Virus record (IMG/VR): IMGVR_UViG_3300010355_000898
Coordinates: 96,001 to 160,000 of that record
DNA from: a virus
Lineage: Duplodnaviria; Caudoviricetes
DNA: 64,000 bases
Direction: 5' to 3' (one strand)
The notes below the pieces were generated by a model. It was not told where the DNA came from. It saw only the letters and a list, made by a program, of their open reading frames with translations, and ran no database searches. Position 1 is the stretch's first letter, and every line of letters begins with the position of its first letter. Shown here one piece after another: positions 47,001-57,216 of this stretch. The translations under genes and the position numbers were made by a program.

Positions 47001-50000
47001 CAGAACAATTCAAAGGTAAAGATGCAAGATTTTCTATGTCAATTGTGCAAACAGAACATCCAAATTTTGGAAAATTGTGTGTATTCATTGGTTTTGTTGA
47101 CAATGATCAGTGGTGTATTGAATTATCAACAGGCACTGTGAAAATTTTGAACAGACAAGAATTGCACCAGCTGATTGGTGAATGCAATAAATTCATCACA
47201 TTATGTTGTCCAGATAATTTGATACTTTCAATCAAATGTTGGAATACATTGAAAGAAATTGAAAAAATCTTTGCAAAATATGGAAATTGTCAATGCTAAA
47301 ATGTATGATATTCCTGTACCAAGATGGCATTAGTGAACTCTGTGTTGGTGATAAAAGGTATGAACCATCAGTTGGCTGGGGTCGGGCGCTCTGGTATGTG
47401 ATGTTTTTTGAGAAACGTATTCAGCTCAGAAAACGCAATCATCCACATGATCATATTGAATTCACAAATTGTGCACAATCATTGCAATTCATCCACAAAA
47501 AGCGGGTAAGAATTGTGAGACTTGTCGCTACAATCAATGGCATATCATGAAATGGGAACAATTTGTGAAAATTGGTTTGCGATTATTCAATCAGTGTGTC
47601 ATGACACACTTCATAATTGAAGAATTTCCAGATGTTCCCAATACACATATACGCATATATCCACGGCAAAAAGAAATGTATAGTGCCACAGATTGTCAAT
47701 GTTCAGTCTATGAACACAGGCAAATTGGACATATTGAATATTGTTATCCCATGAAACATAGCGGTACAATTTCAGAGTGTTTAAACAAATACAGAGAATT
47801 GATGAAAAGGTTCAGCGTTCAACAGTAAAACTGTGTAGGTTTACAGATGATCTTGATGACAGTATTCAAAAAGGGTGATACGACACTTACATTCATACTT
47901 CCACATGAAGATGAACAATACTATGATGATTTGATCAATGATAATTGTATATCTGTGAATGCGATGCATTATTCATTTGCTGGGTGCAAGGTGAGTGATA
48001 TGGTCACAAATGATCCACTGAACATTTTTGAAAAGTTTGTATCTGAAACTGGTGAATGGATACCTACGAAAATGGGTGAGTTGAGATCAACAATGACAAT
48101 TTGGCGTGCAATTGATATTGGCACAAAACATATGGAAGGTTGATTGTGTGATGGTGATGATTGTCAACAGCATTGTGAGGAACATAACTGAAAATAGGTG
48201 GATGTATGTCAGTAAAGGTGGTACTGTTCAGTTCAGATTTGAATTGAATACTGGGGATGAAATCAATTTTGTGAGAGACAATCGTTACACAAATATCATT
48301 TCCAGGTTTGGTAATTTTAACTCAACGCCAATGACAATCAATGAATTTCATCGTTGGTTCACATACATGAATGGACACAAAGATTTGCAGGTTTGTGATG
48401 ATCATTAGAAATTTGAGCAGTATAAAAATTCCAAGAACAGGATTGCATGTTGTCTGTTTCCCCTCAGACAATGAGCAATCCACACTTTTTGTAAAAAATG
48501 CAAATGGTGATGACAATTTTACTGTGATAATTCAAACACCATGTTCACTTCAGCTCGCCGGCGTGTGTTCAATTGACAATTTGCACAGATGGGTTGATGA
48601 AAATGGTTGTATGAAGGCAATTGCAAGATCATGATTATGCAAGATCATAATTGCATTTTTCAGTGTTCACAATATGGAACACACAAATTTATTTTTCAAC
48701 GTTGTGGTTTTTGGCATCATATCACAAGAAGATTTTGTAGCCAAAATTGGGTCATCAATGTCAACAAAAATTTTCAATCAGTGCAAAAATTTGCAGTGTT
48801 CACTGGGCATGATTTGCACACAGTGTTGCATCTGTTGAGAACTGATCAGTTCAATATTGATATTCAGTTCACACCAAATTCAACAGTGCCTCAATGCTGT
48901 AGATGGCCGTAATCCCATTGACAGGTCTTCTGTTAATACGCACATTGATGTGATCAGGATATCCTCCATTGTGTGGACCCTGGTTTCCATCAACAGATGT
49001 GACAATATCACCAACCTGTTCAACAAAGATTGCATGATGTTGATATGGCGCATCAATGTACACAATGTCACCTGGAAGTGGATGGGCAGTCTGTTTGAGA
49101 CCCAATGGCCCAATGAAGCCCTTTCCAAATTTCCAATATGCATCCTTTGCCAATCCTGACTGTTTCAGTACAGACAGACAGAATGCACCACACCAACTCA
49201 ATTTTGCATCAGTGGCTGCCCTTGCCTCAGCATCAGTTGGAAGAACAGTGCACCAAAATTGGTATGGATCTCTGCTACCTTCTGATTCTGCAGCAATCCT
49301 GACAATCTGATCTCTGATATCAATGTTCAACTTTTGATCACCCATGATTATACATATTGTCACCAGATCACTGCAGGATTTCTGCACACAAACTTTGCTG
49401 TGGAAACTGCATCAATATGATGAAAACTTTTTCTGCAATCACAGAGAGTGTGCAATGTATACACATTGTGTTATATTGTTAACATATGATCTGTTTTAGT
49501 GTTCATTGTGACGGTATGGTGATGTTTGAATTTATTGCACCAATTGATGACAGTGCATACTGTGAACATTTAAACGTCCCCGCGAGCAGATCAGACAGAG
49601 GTTGGTATACGGCAAAAGTTGATGCGTTTTCTTATTCAGGAAGCAATCACAATCCAAGAATTTGGAAACGATATTTTGGGGGTGAATGGCATATAGCTGA
49701 TTGGAACAGAACAGGACAGATGTTGAAATCATGGAGAAAAATTTGTGCACAAAATTGATAAAGTGTGCATATACATATCAGGTCTGATTGCAGTGCATAC
49801 TGCGATGTGTGAACACATTTTTGCGTTGTCTGGATGTGAGGATCATTGGGTTAGGTATGATAATTTTGTATGCATAAATTTTCACAATCTGTTCAGTGAA
49901 CCAATTGATGACATGTTCAATATCAAGTTTGATCTGTGATTAACTGTTATGAAAAAGTTATTGATTCAAGATTACCGCAGTTGTTTTGTGTTCAATTTCA

Positions 50001-51292
50001 GTTGTGGATGTGAATACAGATTTGGTGTGAGCTCAATTGTGCACCAATTTGGATTTGACAGAAGCTGTGAAGATTGTGAACATTGCAGGAAGATATTCAG
50101 TGATATCATTGCACAATTGATCCCATCTTCAAAAAACGTTAAACATCTTGAGCCCAAAACAGACTATGTGAATGTTGAAATCAGTTCATTCAGAAGGATG
50201 TTGCACGTTTGTAATCGTTATGAGGAGTCAGAACAGTGTTGAAAATTGGTGTTGATATCAATCGTAATGGTGGTGGCAAATTTTATGTCACTCAGATTGG
50301 TTCTAAAACAACACGAATTCTGATGTTCTATGAAAATAGTCATAAACACAGATTTATGTTGTCACATTGCATCATACTGATTAATCATGATGAATCAGCA
50401 ATGATTAATTGTGGTCACAATCGTATTCAAGTTGACTGCAGACGCATCTTGTCATATGACAAGATGCACAAACTGATCATTAGGTTGAAGAGAATTGTCA
50501 AATATGCAAACCAAATGTAGCAATTACAAGATGATCATCTGGAGAAAAGATCTTGGATGGTATCAATTTATTCAAACAGATGTGAATGGCCTGCATTCAG
50601 ATGGTGCATATGCAGCACTGTTTACACATGGTGATGACATCATGATTGATTTGGGTACATTGGGACAAAAAGTTTACAAAAAGTGTGCGGGAAATCCCAA
50701 CAGAATGAAATCTGTTATGAACATATTCATTGCATCAAAACACAAAATATTTGCATATCACAATGTTAAACATCACAATTTACAATAGCGGTGTGACAGT
50801 TCTTGTATTCAAGAGCAAAGCTATCTCCTGGGTACGTTTCTTTGAGAATAGGACCAACGGCGGTCGCATCATGTTCAGTGATGGACACTATCATGTTGTT
50901 CCACAATGGTTCATATTTGATACATTGTTGCCCGCATTGCAATCACAACAGCAAACACTTCACATTGAACATATGCTGAATGCACTCATGTACAATTTTC
51001 AGAAATGAAAATTTGATGAATTTACATTCACAATGTGTTACAATCAGAATATAAGATGATATCATTACGTCATACTGTGCGAAACATGCAGAGAAGGATG
51101 GCTGCACAAAAACGTGGTGCAAGTGTGAACAATTTGGGATATATGATTGTTCTGAACAGAACAGGTGAAGCCAAATTGTTCATTAGAGAACAGCATAAAT
51201 TTTCAGAATTCACAAAATTGCCCTCATGGACAATGATAAACAATCGTTTTGTTGGAACGTGGTCATACTGCTATAAATGTTGGCTATCATGA
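44040..51292 (+). other. Second array of about 22 small translationally coupled hypothetical ORFs
   Basis: Consecutive 60-120 aa ORFs, many with an N-terminal hxIxxxG motif and a basic C-terminal helix. Confidence 0.65.
48869..49345 (-). CDS. CHAP-domain cysteine amidase/peptidase (possible peptidoglycan hydrolase)
   Basis: WCGAF...PGDIV...HHAIFV...DGNQ. Confidence 0.75.
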   Translation of the reverse strand: MGDQKLNIDIRDQIVRIAAESEGSRDPYQFWCTVLPTDAEARAATDAKLSWCGAFCLSVLKQSGLAKDAYWKFGKGFIGPLGLKQTAHPLPGDIVYIDAPYQHHAIFVEQVGDIVTSVDGNQGPHNGGYPDHINVRINRRPVNGITAIYSIEALLNLV

Positions 51293-51304
51293 ATAGTTAA
51301 CAGT

Positions 51305-51808
51305 ATGAAAATTTCTCAAAAATTGTTGAGAATGCTGATTGAACAGATCATCATCGAGGATGCAGTGACAATGCAACTTGGCTTTTGGATCTCGCCAGAT
51401 GACGTTGTTCACAAATTGGTTGTCAATCAATTGCACAATGATGCTGCAGCCGAATTGTTGGGTTGGAATAGAAAGTACAAGAACAGTTTTGGTATACCAC
51501 TCTTCAGACACAAGGGAGGTCCTGAAGGATTGAATGCAGAGCAAACATATCTCGGTATGGGTGCAATCAAATTGCGCATATACAATGGTACGCTGTATGC
51601 AACAATGAGAACAGTCAACACCAAAAATCTTGACAAGATAATTGAATTCATGTCTGAAAGAAATTTCAATCCTGAGGGTGATATCATCATTGTCAAATCT
51701 GTTGATGCTGATGATGAAATGTACACAAGGATGAAAATATCACATTTTGTTGAATTGGCAGACAAACCAAAAAAGATTGAGAACATGATGGAACCATTCG
51801 TTGGTTGA
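51305..51808 (+). CDS. Hypothetical protein with MKISQKLLRMLIEQII leader
   Basis: ORF with shared N-terminal motif; TAGTTA-N5-ATG. Confidence 0.7.
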   Translation: MKISQKLLRMLIEQIIIEDAVTMQLGFWISPDDVVHKLVVNQLHNDAAAELLGWNRKYKNSFGIPLFRHKGGPEGLNAEQTYLGMGAIKLRIYNGTLYATMRTVNTKNLDKIIEFMSERNFNPEGDIIIVKSVDADDEMYTRMKISHFVELADKPKKIENMMEPFVG

Positions 51809-51825
51809 TGTCAATATTTACTCAT

Positions 51826-52092
51826 ATGAAAAACAGATTTGTGATCACAGAAGCCAATCTCAGAAAGATCATCAGGAGTGTATTGAAAGAAACTGCTGAT
51901 GCGCAATTTGGTGCGCTCCAAGGATGGATTGACAGAGCTGAGGGTGAAAATTGGCAGGATGACAGATTGACAAATGTGATCATCAGTGCAATCAGGAATA
52001 ATCGTGGTCAGCGCAGGAATGAAATCAACAGCATGCTGAGTGCTGTCAAGAACAGTGAAATGAAGAAGCAATTGTCTTCTGCACTGAATTGA
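51826..52092 (+). CDS. Hypothetical protein with ITEANLRKIIRSVLKE leader
   Basis: TATTTA-N5-ATG; shared motif. Confidence 0.7.
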   Translation: MKNRFVITEANLRKIIRSVLKETADAQFGALQGWIDRAEGENWQDDRLTNVIISAIRNNRGQRRNEINSMLSAVKNSEMKKQLSSALN

Positions 52093-52145
52093 GTGATGAC
52101 TTTGCAGTGTACTGTGCACTGAGTGTGTGCTATAGTTAAAGGTCT

Positions 52146-52784
52146 ATGACCTATTATGCCATTGTGTTCAAGGCGATTGTTTTGTGGATGATGTCACTCA
52201 AGCCTTGCTACTCAGACACAGAAACATACTCTGAAAGACAGGAAAGAATTGAAATCATCGCTGAAGCTGTAATCAGCGCAGCAGAGTGGGGCACAACTGT
52301 GTGCAGAGATGGTTCAGGTGCAACAATTTTTGAAAAGGATTGCAAACCAATCTGGCCAGGTAAGCAGGAAGAACTGATTGCGCACCTTGTGAACATTGGA
52401 GCTTGGGAAAGTGCATTCTCTGAAAGGGTTCACAAAGGTGAATGCAACATCAAGAAGGGTGAGTGTGATGGTGGACTTGCAAAGGGTATTTGGCAGGTTC
52501 ATGCAGATCATCACCAATTCAAGAGCATATACTATGTGCAAGAACAGGAATGGATGGAAATGGATGGTGCTGATGCTGTGCACACATTGAATGCAGCAGT
52601 TGGTGCAGTGAAAAAATTGTCTGCATCAGCAAGAATGTGTGGAAAGAACATGGCTGCACAAGTGTACACAGCATATGCAACAGGAAAGTGCACTGCAAAA
52701 TTCAATCTTGCATATGACAGATCAAGATCATACAAGTACATTCTGCAACGTATCAATTCTGATCTGAGTGAACAGATGAACTAA
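52146..52784 (+). CDS. Possible lysozyme-fold (transglycosylase-like) protein with hydrophobic N-terminus
   Basis: WESAF...AKGIWQV...AYATG pattern. Confidence 0.5.
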   Translation: MTYYAIVFKAIVLWMMSLKPCYSDTETYSERQERIEIIAEAVISAAEWGTTVCRDGSGATIFEKDCKPIWPGKQEELIAHLVNIGAWESAFSERVHKGECNIKKGECDGGLAKGIWQVHADHHQFKSIYYVQEQEWMEMDGADAVHTLNAAVGAVKKLSASARMCGKNMAAQVYTAYATGKCTAKFNLAYDRSRSYKYILQRINSDLSEQMN

Positions 52785-52892
52785 AAATATGTACAAATTG
52801 GTAATCATGAATAGGCAATGTGAAATTGATAGAATTGTTCAGTTCACAACGTTTAAACAATTGACAAAATTTTTCAACAAATTTGGCATAAA

Positions 52893-53741
52893 ATGAAAAC
52901 AGTACAGAATGTTAAGATTGGTGCAGACAACATTGCGTGGATTACAGATCCACACATAAATTTCATTTGCAATGTCAATGGTTCTGTTAAACAATTGGGC
53001 AGTTATCTTCAACAAGAGCTCAATTGTGATACACTCGTCATAACTGGTGATATTTCAGAAGGAAACAGAATCATTGCAGATGTTACAGAATTGCACAATG
53101 GGTGGGTGTCAAAGGGTGGCAAGAATACATTTTTTGTCACAGGTAACCATGACTATTACAGGAGTTCATGGAATAAATTGGACAGTGATCTGGCATTCTT
53201 GAATGGCACCATTGGGGGTCCTGTTTGTCTCAATGGTTGCAATGTCATAATTGATGACAAGACTGCAATTGTTGGGAACAGTGGATGGTATGATGCTGAT
53301 TGTGGAAATCCATACAAACTTGGAATGTCAGATTGGTCACTTGTTGAAGAGTATGCGCAGACAGGTGGTGTAAAAGATCTGATCATTGAAACATCAAGAG
53401 CGCATGCAAACGTTCAGAATGTGCAACTGATCACAAGGGTTCAGGAACTGTACAATACAGGTATCAGAAAGATCACATTGTTGACACATGTTCCACCATG
53501 GCGTGAGGCTGCTTGGCATATGAACAGTCATAGTGATGACACTTGGGCGCCCTGGATGACAAATCTTCAATTGGGAAGAATGCTGTGTGCTGTTGTTGAT
53601 CAATTACCAGAACTGAATGTACAAGTTCTCTGTGGACATACACACAGCTCAGGAAGATGTCAACCTCATCCAAGAATTGTTTGTCTCACAGGACGAGCTG
53701 ATTATGGAAATGTTGTCATGAGTGGTTTTGTGTCATTGTGA
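52893..53741 (+). CDS. Calcineurin-like metallophosphoesterase
   Basis: TDPH, TGD, GNHD, THVPP, GHTH. Confidence 0.92.
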   Translation: MKTVQNVKIGADNIAWITDPHINFICNVNGSVKQLGSYLQQELNCDTLVITGDISEGNRIIADVTELHNGWVSKGGKNTFFVTGNHDYYRSSWNKLDSDLAFLNGTIGGPVCLNGCNVIIDDKTAIVGNSGWYDADCGNPYKLGMSDWSLVEEYAQTGGVKDLIIETSRAHANVQNVQLITRVQELYNTGIRKITLLTHVPPWREAAWHMNSHSDDTWAPWMTNLQLGRMLCAVVDQLPELNVQVLCGHTHSSGRCQPHPRIVCLTGRADYGNVVMSGFVSL

Positions 53742-53752
53742 TATTTAGTGTC

Positions 53753-53989
53753 ATGAAAATCAAAATATCACAACTTAAACAGATCATCAAAGAAGAGATG
53801 AATGTATCATTTAATGATGATAATCAATTTATTGCTGATCTTGAAGAGTTGTTTGAAATTTATGATGAATATTGGTATGAACGTGCGGAAAATATGCGCG
53901 ATGAAGATTCATACAGGGATATCAGCGATTTTCAGAATAAATTTGAGGCATTCAAAAGACGCTTTATAGAAAAGTATGGGCAAAAATGA
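53753..53989 (+). CDS. Hypothetical protein with MKIKISQLKQIIKEE leader
   Basis: TATTTA-N5-ATG; shared motif. Confidence 0.7.
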   Translation: MKIKISQLKQIIKEEMNVSFNDDNQFIADLEELFEIYDEYWYERAENMRDEDSYRDISDFQNKFEAFKRRFIEKYGQK

Positions 53990-54759
53990 AACTTTCAGCA
54001 AAACAATTGAGAACATTGATTAGAGAAGCTCTTGAACCAAAAACTCAAGGTGTACTAAAAAGTTACAATCAATTGATTGGTGAAGACATCATCTATTCAA
54101 AAATACTTGATGGTAAGAATTTTTTCAAAATCAATATTCTCAATCCAAAAGATCAATCAAACATAAATCTTTATGACAATAAATGTATTCTCATTCCCGG
54201 TGGTGTTGTTCTGAAACCAAAAGAATATATCACAAATGGTTACGTTGCAGATGTTTACAATTTGGATGGAACAAGAACACATTCTAAATTGTCAGTGTCT
54301 GGTGATGATATGAAAACATTGATCAGCGCGCTGAATGGTGAGTTCTATTATCTGAAAAAATCTTGGCTTCAGCGTGGCGCAAATTTTCATGAGGCGTTTA
54401 ATCATAAATCATCATATGTTTTCGATTCAATTCGAGAGCGTGAAGATGGCACACCATGGGCAGAAGTGAAAATTGTTTATGATGACAATGATGGACCACC
54501 ACATTTTGAAGTGCTCATTGATTACATAGAGGAAGACGAATCCGCTGACGATAAAATGAATGCACGTGGTGAGATTACTTGGGATAGAGATTTGAAAACA
54601 GGCTCACCAGGTGAAAGGTCTAAAACAGGTAATCTCATAATTCCAATTAAAATGTACACAAATACAGGTGTTATTGATGATGAATTTGAACTCAGCGATG
54701 AAGAACAACGTTGGGTTATGAACACAGTTGGTAGTGAATTGGGAATTTTTGGTGGCTAA
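53986..54759 (+). CDS. Hypothetical protein with MKLSAKQLRTLIREAL leader
   Basis: 257-aa ORF coupled to the upstream gene; shared motif. Confidence 0.75.
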   Translation: MKLSAKQLRTLIREALEPKTQGVLKSYNQLIGEDIIYSKILDGKNFFKINILNPKDQSNINLYDNKCILIPGGVVLKPKEYITNGYVADVYNLDGTRTHSKLSVSGDDMKTLISALNGEFYYLKKSWLQRGANFHEAFNHKSSYVFDSIREREDGTPWAEVKIVYDDNDGPPHFEVLIDYIEEDESADDKMNARGEITWDRDLKTGSPGERSKTGNLIIPIKMYTNTGVIDDEFELSDEEQRWVMNTVGSELGIFGG

Positions 54760-55228
54760 TTTTCTGATTTTTCACCATTTTGATCAAATTGATCAAAAAA
54801 GTTCGTGTGTGAATTTTTCTGTGAATATTGCAAATCAGTATGGTAAATTGGTCATATCAAGTGGTTAAACAGACCAAAAACAAGATTTGTTGCAAAAAAT
54901 TCACAAAAATAGTGATAAAGCTCTCAAGATAGAATAGATTACTAATATGGCAATTGAACATGTCAAATATCAATCATCAAAGTTCCACAATCAGATTGCG
55001 GGCTTGGCACTTGATAGCATAACATGGAATATGAGACCTGAATATGGGAGTGGTCAGCGGTAGACCAGAGAGTGAACACAGAGAGTTCCTGAAGAAGCCG
55101 CAACTGAGATGATGTTAGCGGCTTCAACTGTTTTGGAGAAAAGAAAATAGCAAAAGAGAAAAAAGTTGTGAAAAGGATGTGATGATAGGATAGAATGGTT
55201 GAGTTGGTTCGGTAAACAGGTTGAATAA

Positions 55229-55303
55229 CGATCACAGGTGTTATCTGGCAGCATACCCGGCTCTTAACCGGTGAGGTCGTGGGTTCAAATCCCCGGTGAT
55301 CGA
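55229..55303 (+). tRNA. tRNA-Lys(CTT)
   Basis: Loop CTCTTAA; T-loop TTCAAAT. Confidence 0.8.
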
Positions 55304-55311
55304 CTGAGATT

Positions 55312-55386
55312 TTGGAAATTAGCACAATGGTAGTGCGGCTCGCTCTGAACGAGTTGATGGGAGTTCGATCCTCTCATTTCCAACCA
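55312..55386 (+). tRNA. tRNA-Gln(CTG)
   Basis: Loop CTCTGAA; CCA. Confidence 0.9.
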
Positions 55387-55440
55387 AGACAATGAGCAGT
55401 GACAGTGCTCTGAGTTCTTTGACAATTGAATAGCAATATT

Positions 55441-55512
55441 GCGTCTATGGTATAATAGCATTATGCAGGCCTTCCAAGCCTTGCGATCTGGGTGCAACTC
55501 CCAGTGGACGCT
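55441..55512 (+). tRNA. tRNA-Gly(TCC)
   Basis: Loop CTTCCAA. Confidence 0.88.
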
Positions 55513-55562
55513 CCGGGGTTTGTTTATGGTGCTTCCCAACAAAAAAATGTGAACCGTACAAT

Positions 55563-55638
55563 GCCCATTTAGCTCAGCAGGTAGAGCAGTAGTTTTGTAA
55601 ACTACCGGTCACTGGTTCAATTCCGGTAATGGGCTCCA
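55563..55638 (+). tRNA. tRNA-Thr(TGT)
   Basis: Loop TTTGTAA; CCA. Confidence 0.93.
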
Positions 55639-55639
55639 C

Positions 55640-55725
55640 AGCGGGGATGTAGTGAAAAGGTGTCACATTAGGCTCATAACCTAATCCTAACGGCGCGAAA
55701 GGTTCAATTCCTTCCCCCGCTACCA
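55640..55725 (+). tRNA. tRNA with CAT anticodon (Met/Ile2), enlarged variable region
   Basis: Loop CTCATAA; CCA. Confidence 0.8.
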
Positions 55726-55728
55726 AAT

Positions 55729-55803
55729 GGTCGCATCGTCTATTGGCTAGGACATCTGCTTCTCAAGCAGGCAAGCTCAGTTCAACTCTGAGTGCGATCA
55801 CCA
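55729..55803 (+). tRNA. tRNA-Glu(CTC)
   Basis: Loop TTCTCAA; CCA. Confidence 0.9.
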
Positions 55804-55804
55804 T

Positions 55805-55891
55805 GGAGTCAGATCATCTGGAAGGTACCAGAAGCGGTCTGTAAAACCGTTGTCTCTGTGCGGAGTGGTTCAAATCCACCTGGCTCCACCA
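55805..55891 (+). tRNA. tRNA-Tyr(GTA)
   Basis: Loop CTGTAAA; long variable arm; CCA. Confidence 0.85.
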
Positions 55892-55949
55892 AATAAACCT
55901 GCAGTGTTCTGGGGATATCTGCCCATCAAAGAATTGTGTAGGTTTGAAT

Positions 55950-56021
55950 GGGGATGTGTGAAAGATCACTGATGAGTTTTGCATACTTGTCATGCGGGAG
56001 CGTTACCCGACATCTCCACCA
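55950..56021 (+). tRNA. Atypical tRNA-Ala(TGC)
   Basis: GGGGATG/CATCTCC with G3-U70, loop TTTGCAT, ACCA; short D arm and non-canonical T-loop AGCGTTA. Confidence 0.7.
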
Positions 56022-56037
56022 ATTCATTATTGAATAT

Positions 56038-56121
56038 TGCCAAGTACCCGAGTGGAAGCAGGGGCCCGGCTGTTAACCGGATTGCGAAAGCACGCCGTGG
56101 GTTCGAATCCTACCTTGGCAG
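56038..56121 (+). tRNA. tRNA-Asn(GTT) with long variable arm
   Basis: Loop CTGTTAA; variable hairpin TGC-GAAA-GCA. Confidence 0.82.
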
Positions 56122-56169
56122 CCCAGGAGTTTTTTCAGGTTCTCCAAGAATAAAAAAACCTGAAGGTAC

Positions 56170-56249
56170 CCACTCGTGGTGGAATAGCAGACACGCTGGT
56201 CTCAGAAGCCAGTACCCTGAGTGTGAGAGTGCAAGTCTCTCCGAGTGGA
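56170..56249 (+). tRNA. tRNA-Leu(CAG)
   Basis: Loop CTCAGAA. Confidence 0.87.
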
Positions 56250-56251
56250 CT

Positions 56252-56325
56252 GTGGTCATAGTGTAAAGGTTTGCACGCGAGGCTGTGATCCTCTCAGTAC
56301 GGGTTCGAATCCCGTTGATCACCCA
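56252..56325 (+). tRNA. tRNA-His(GTG)
   Basis: Loop CTGTGAT. Confidence 0.88.
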
Positions 56326-56332
56326 AATCTAT

Positions 56333-56407
56333 TGGACGTTGGCGCAGAGGTAGCGCAGTGCTCCTACAAAGCGAAGGTCGTCAGTTCGATCCTGACACGT
56401 CCAACCA
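56333..56407 (+). tRNA. tRNA with TAC anticodon (Val-like, C33)
   Basis: Loop CCTACAA; CCA. Confidence 0.7.
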
Positions 56408-56409
56408 AT

Positions 56410-56483
56410 CTCCCAATGGCGCAGTTGGATAGCGCATACGTTTCCTAAACGTGAGGTCGCAGGTTCGAATCCTGCTTGGGAGG
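56410..56483 (+). tRNA. tRNA-Arg(CCT)
   Basis: Loop TTCCTAA. Confidence 0.92.
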
Positions 56484-56498
56484 CCGAAGAAAGTTTAT

Positions 56499-56572
56499 GC
56501 CCCCGTGGCGCAATGGATTAGCGCGAGTGGCTTCTATCCACAAGGTTGTAGGTTCGAATCCTACCGGGGGTA
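56499..56572 (+). tRNA. tRNA-Arg(TCT)
   Basis: Loop CTTCTAT. Confidence 0.9.
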
Positions 56573-56691
56573 CTGTGCCAGTTCAACTGGATGATTTCTG
56601 AGGGTAGCTAATGTCAGAAAGAGAATGAAAAATAACGCTGCCAAAACGGGCAACAGCGTTAATGTATGAAAATATGTTAGACTGAAGATAT

Positions 56692-56763
56692 CTGGATGTA
56701 AGTCAGCGGCAGACATCCTCGCCTGGAACGAGGGAGCCGGGGGTTCGAGTCCCTCCATCCAGA
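56692..56763 (+). tRNA. tRNA-Pro(TGG), C33
   Basis: Loop CCTGGAA. Confidence 0.8.
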
Positions 56764-56768
56764 CAAAT

Positions 56769-56844
56769 ATCCCGGTAGCACAACTGGACTGTGTATTCAG
56801 CTACGAACTGAAAGGTTGGGGGTTCGAATCCCTCTCGGGATGCC
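56769..56844 (+). tRNA. tRNA-Arg(ACG)
   Basis: Loop CTACGAA. Confidence 0.88.
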
Positions 56845-56885
56845 GAGAGTTTGAATGTTCTTCCAAAAATAAAAACATTCACAAT

Positions 56886-56970
56886 CCACACATGATGGAA
56901 AGGCAGACATGCAAGTTTGAGAGACTTGTGCCCTTGTGGTGTGCAGGTTCAAGTCCTGCTGTGTGGACCA
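56886..56970 (+). tRNA. tRNA-Leu(GAG)
   Basis: Loop TTGAGAG; CCA. Confidence 0.88.
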
Positions 56971-56983
56971 ATACTTAACAGTT

Positions 56984-57100
56984 ATGTATGGTGCATTTCC
57001 AAGCTTAATTGTTAATATTGCTGTTGGTTGTTTTGCAGTTTTCAGTCTGCTCATTGTTTTGGGAGCATATGCTCTCTACAAGAGTGGAAAAAAGAAGTGA
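56984..57100 (+). CDS. 38-aa single-pass membrane peptide inside the tRNA array
   Basis: MYGAFPSLIVNIAVGCFAVFSLLIVLGAYALYKSGKKK; TACTTA upstream. Confidence 0.5.
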   Translation: MYGAFPSLIVNIAVGCFAVFSLLIVLGAYALYKSGKKK

Positions 57101-57133
57101 ACATTATCCAATAGAAGATTAGAATGGAAACAT

Positions 57134-57207
57134 CGGAGTGTACCTCAATTTGGTAGAGGGCCTGCTTTGGGAGCAGAACGTTGTAGGTTCAAATCCTATC
57201 ACTCCGA
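57134..57207 (+). tRNA. tRNA-Pro(TGG)
   Basis: Loop TTTGGGA. Confidence 0.92.
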
Positions 57208-57216
57208 CAAATTAAT

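Larger units (their letters stand above)
18560..55196. promoter_or_regulatory. Dispersed promoter family GTGAAW-N17-TANNNT (at least 20 copies)
   Basis: Plus strand at 20682, 21129, 22691, 26290, 26573, 26648, 32043, 32560, 33838, 35815, 37006, 40388, 40999, 41499, 41919, 42298, 42787, 43137, 54821, 55168; minus strand at about 18588, 20643, 24396, 32012. Confidence 0.8.

Noticed and set aside
6283-51292. Stop-codon reassignment as the cause of the many short ORFs
   Set aside because: Conserved genes are full length and end in TAG (groEL, infA), TGA (ligase) or TAA; the short ORFs overlap in different frames with their own starts; no suppressor tRNA was found.
56333-56407. Amber suppressor tRNA (CTA within CCTACAA)
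   Set aside because: Stem pairing TGCT/AGCG centres the loop on TAC; a CTA-centred loop leaves no stem.
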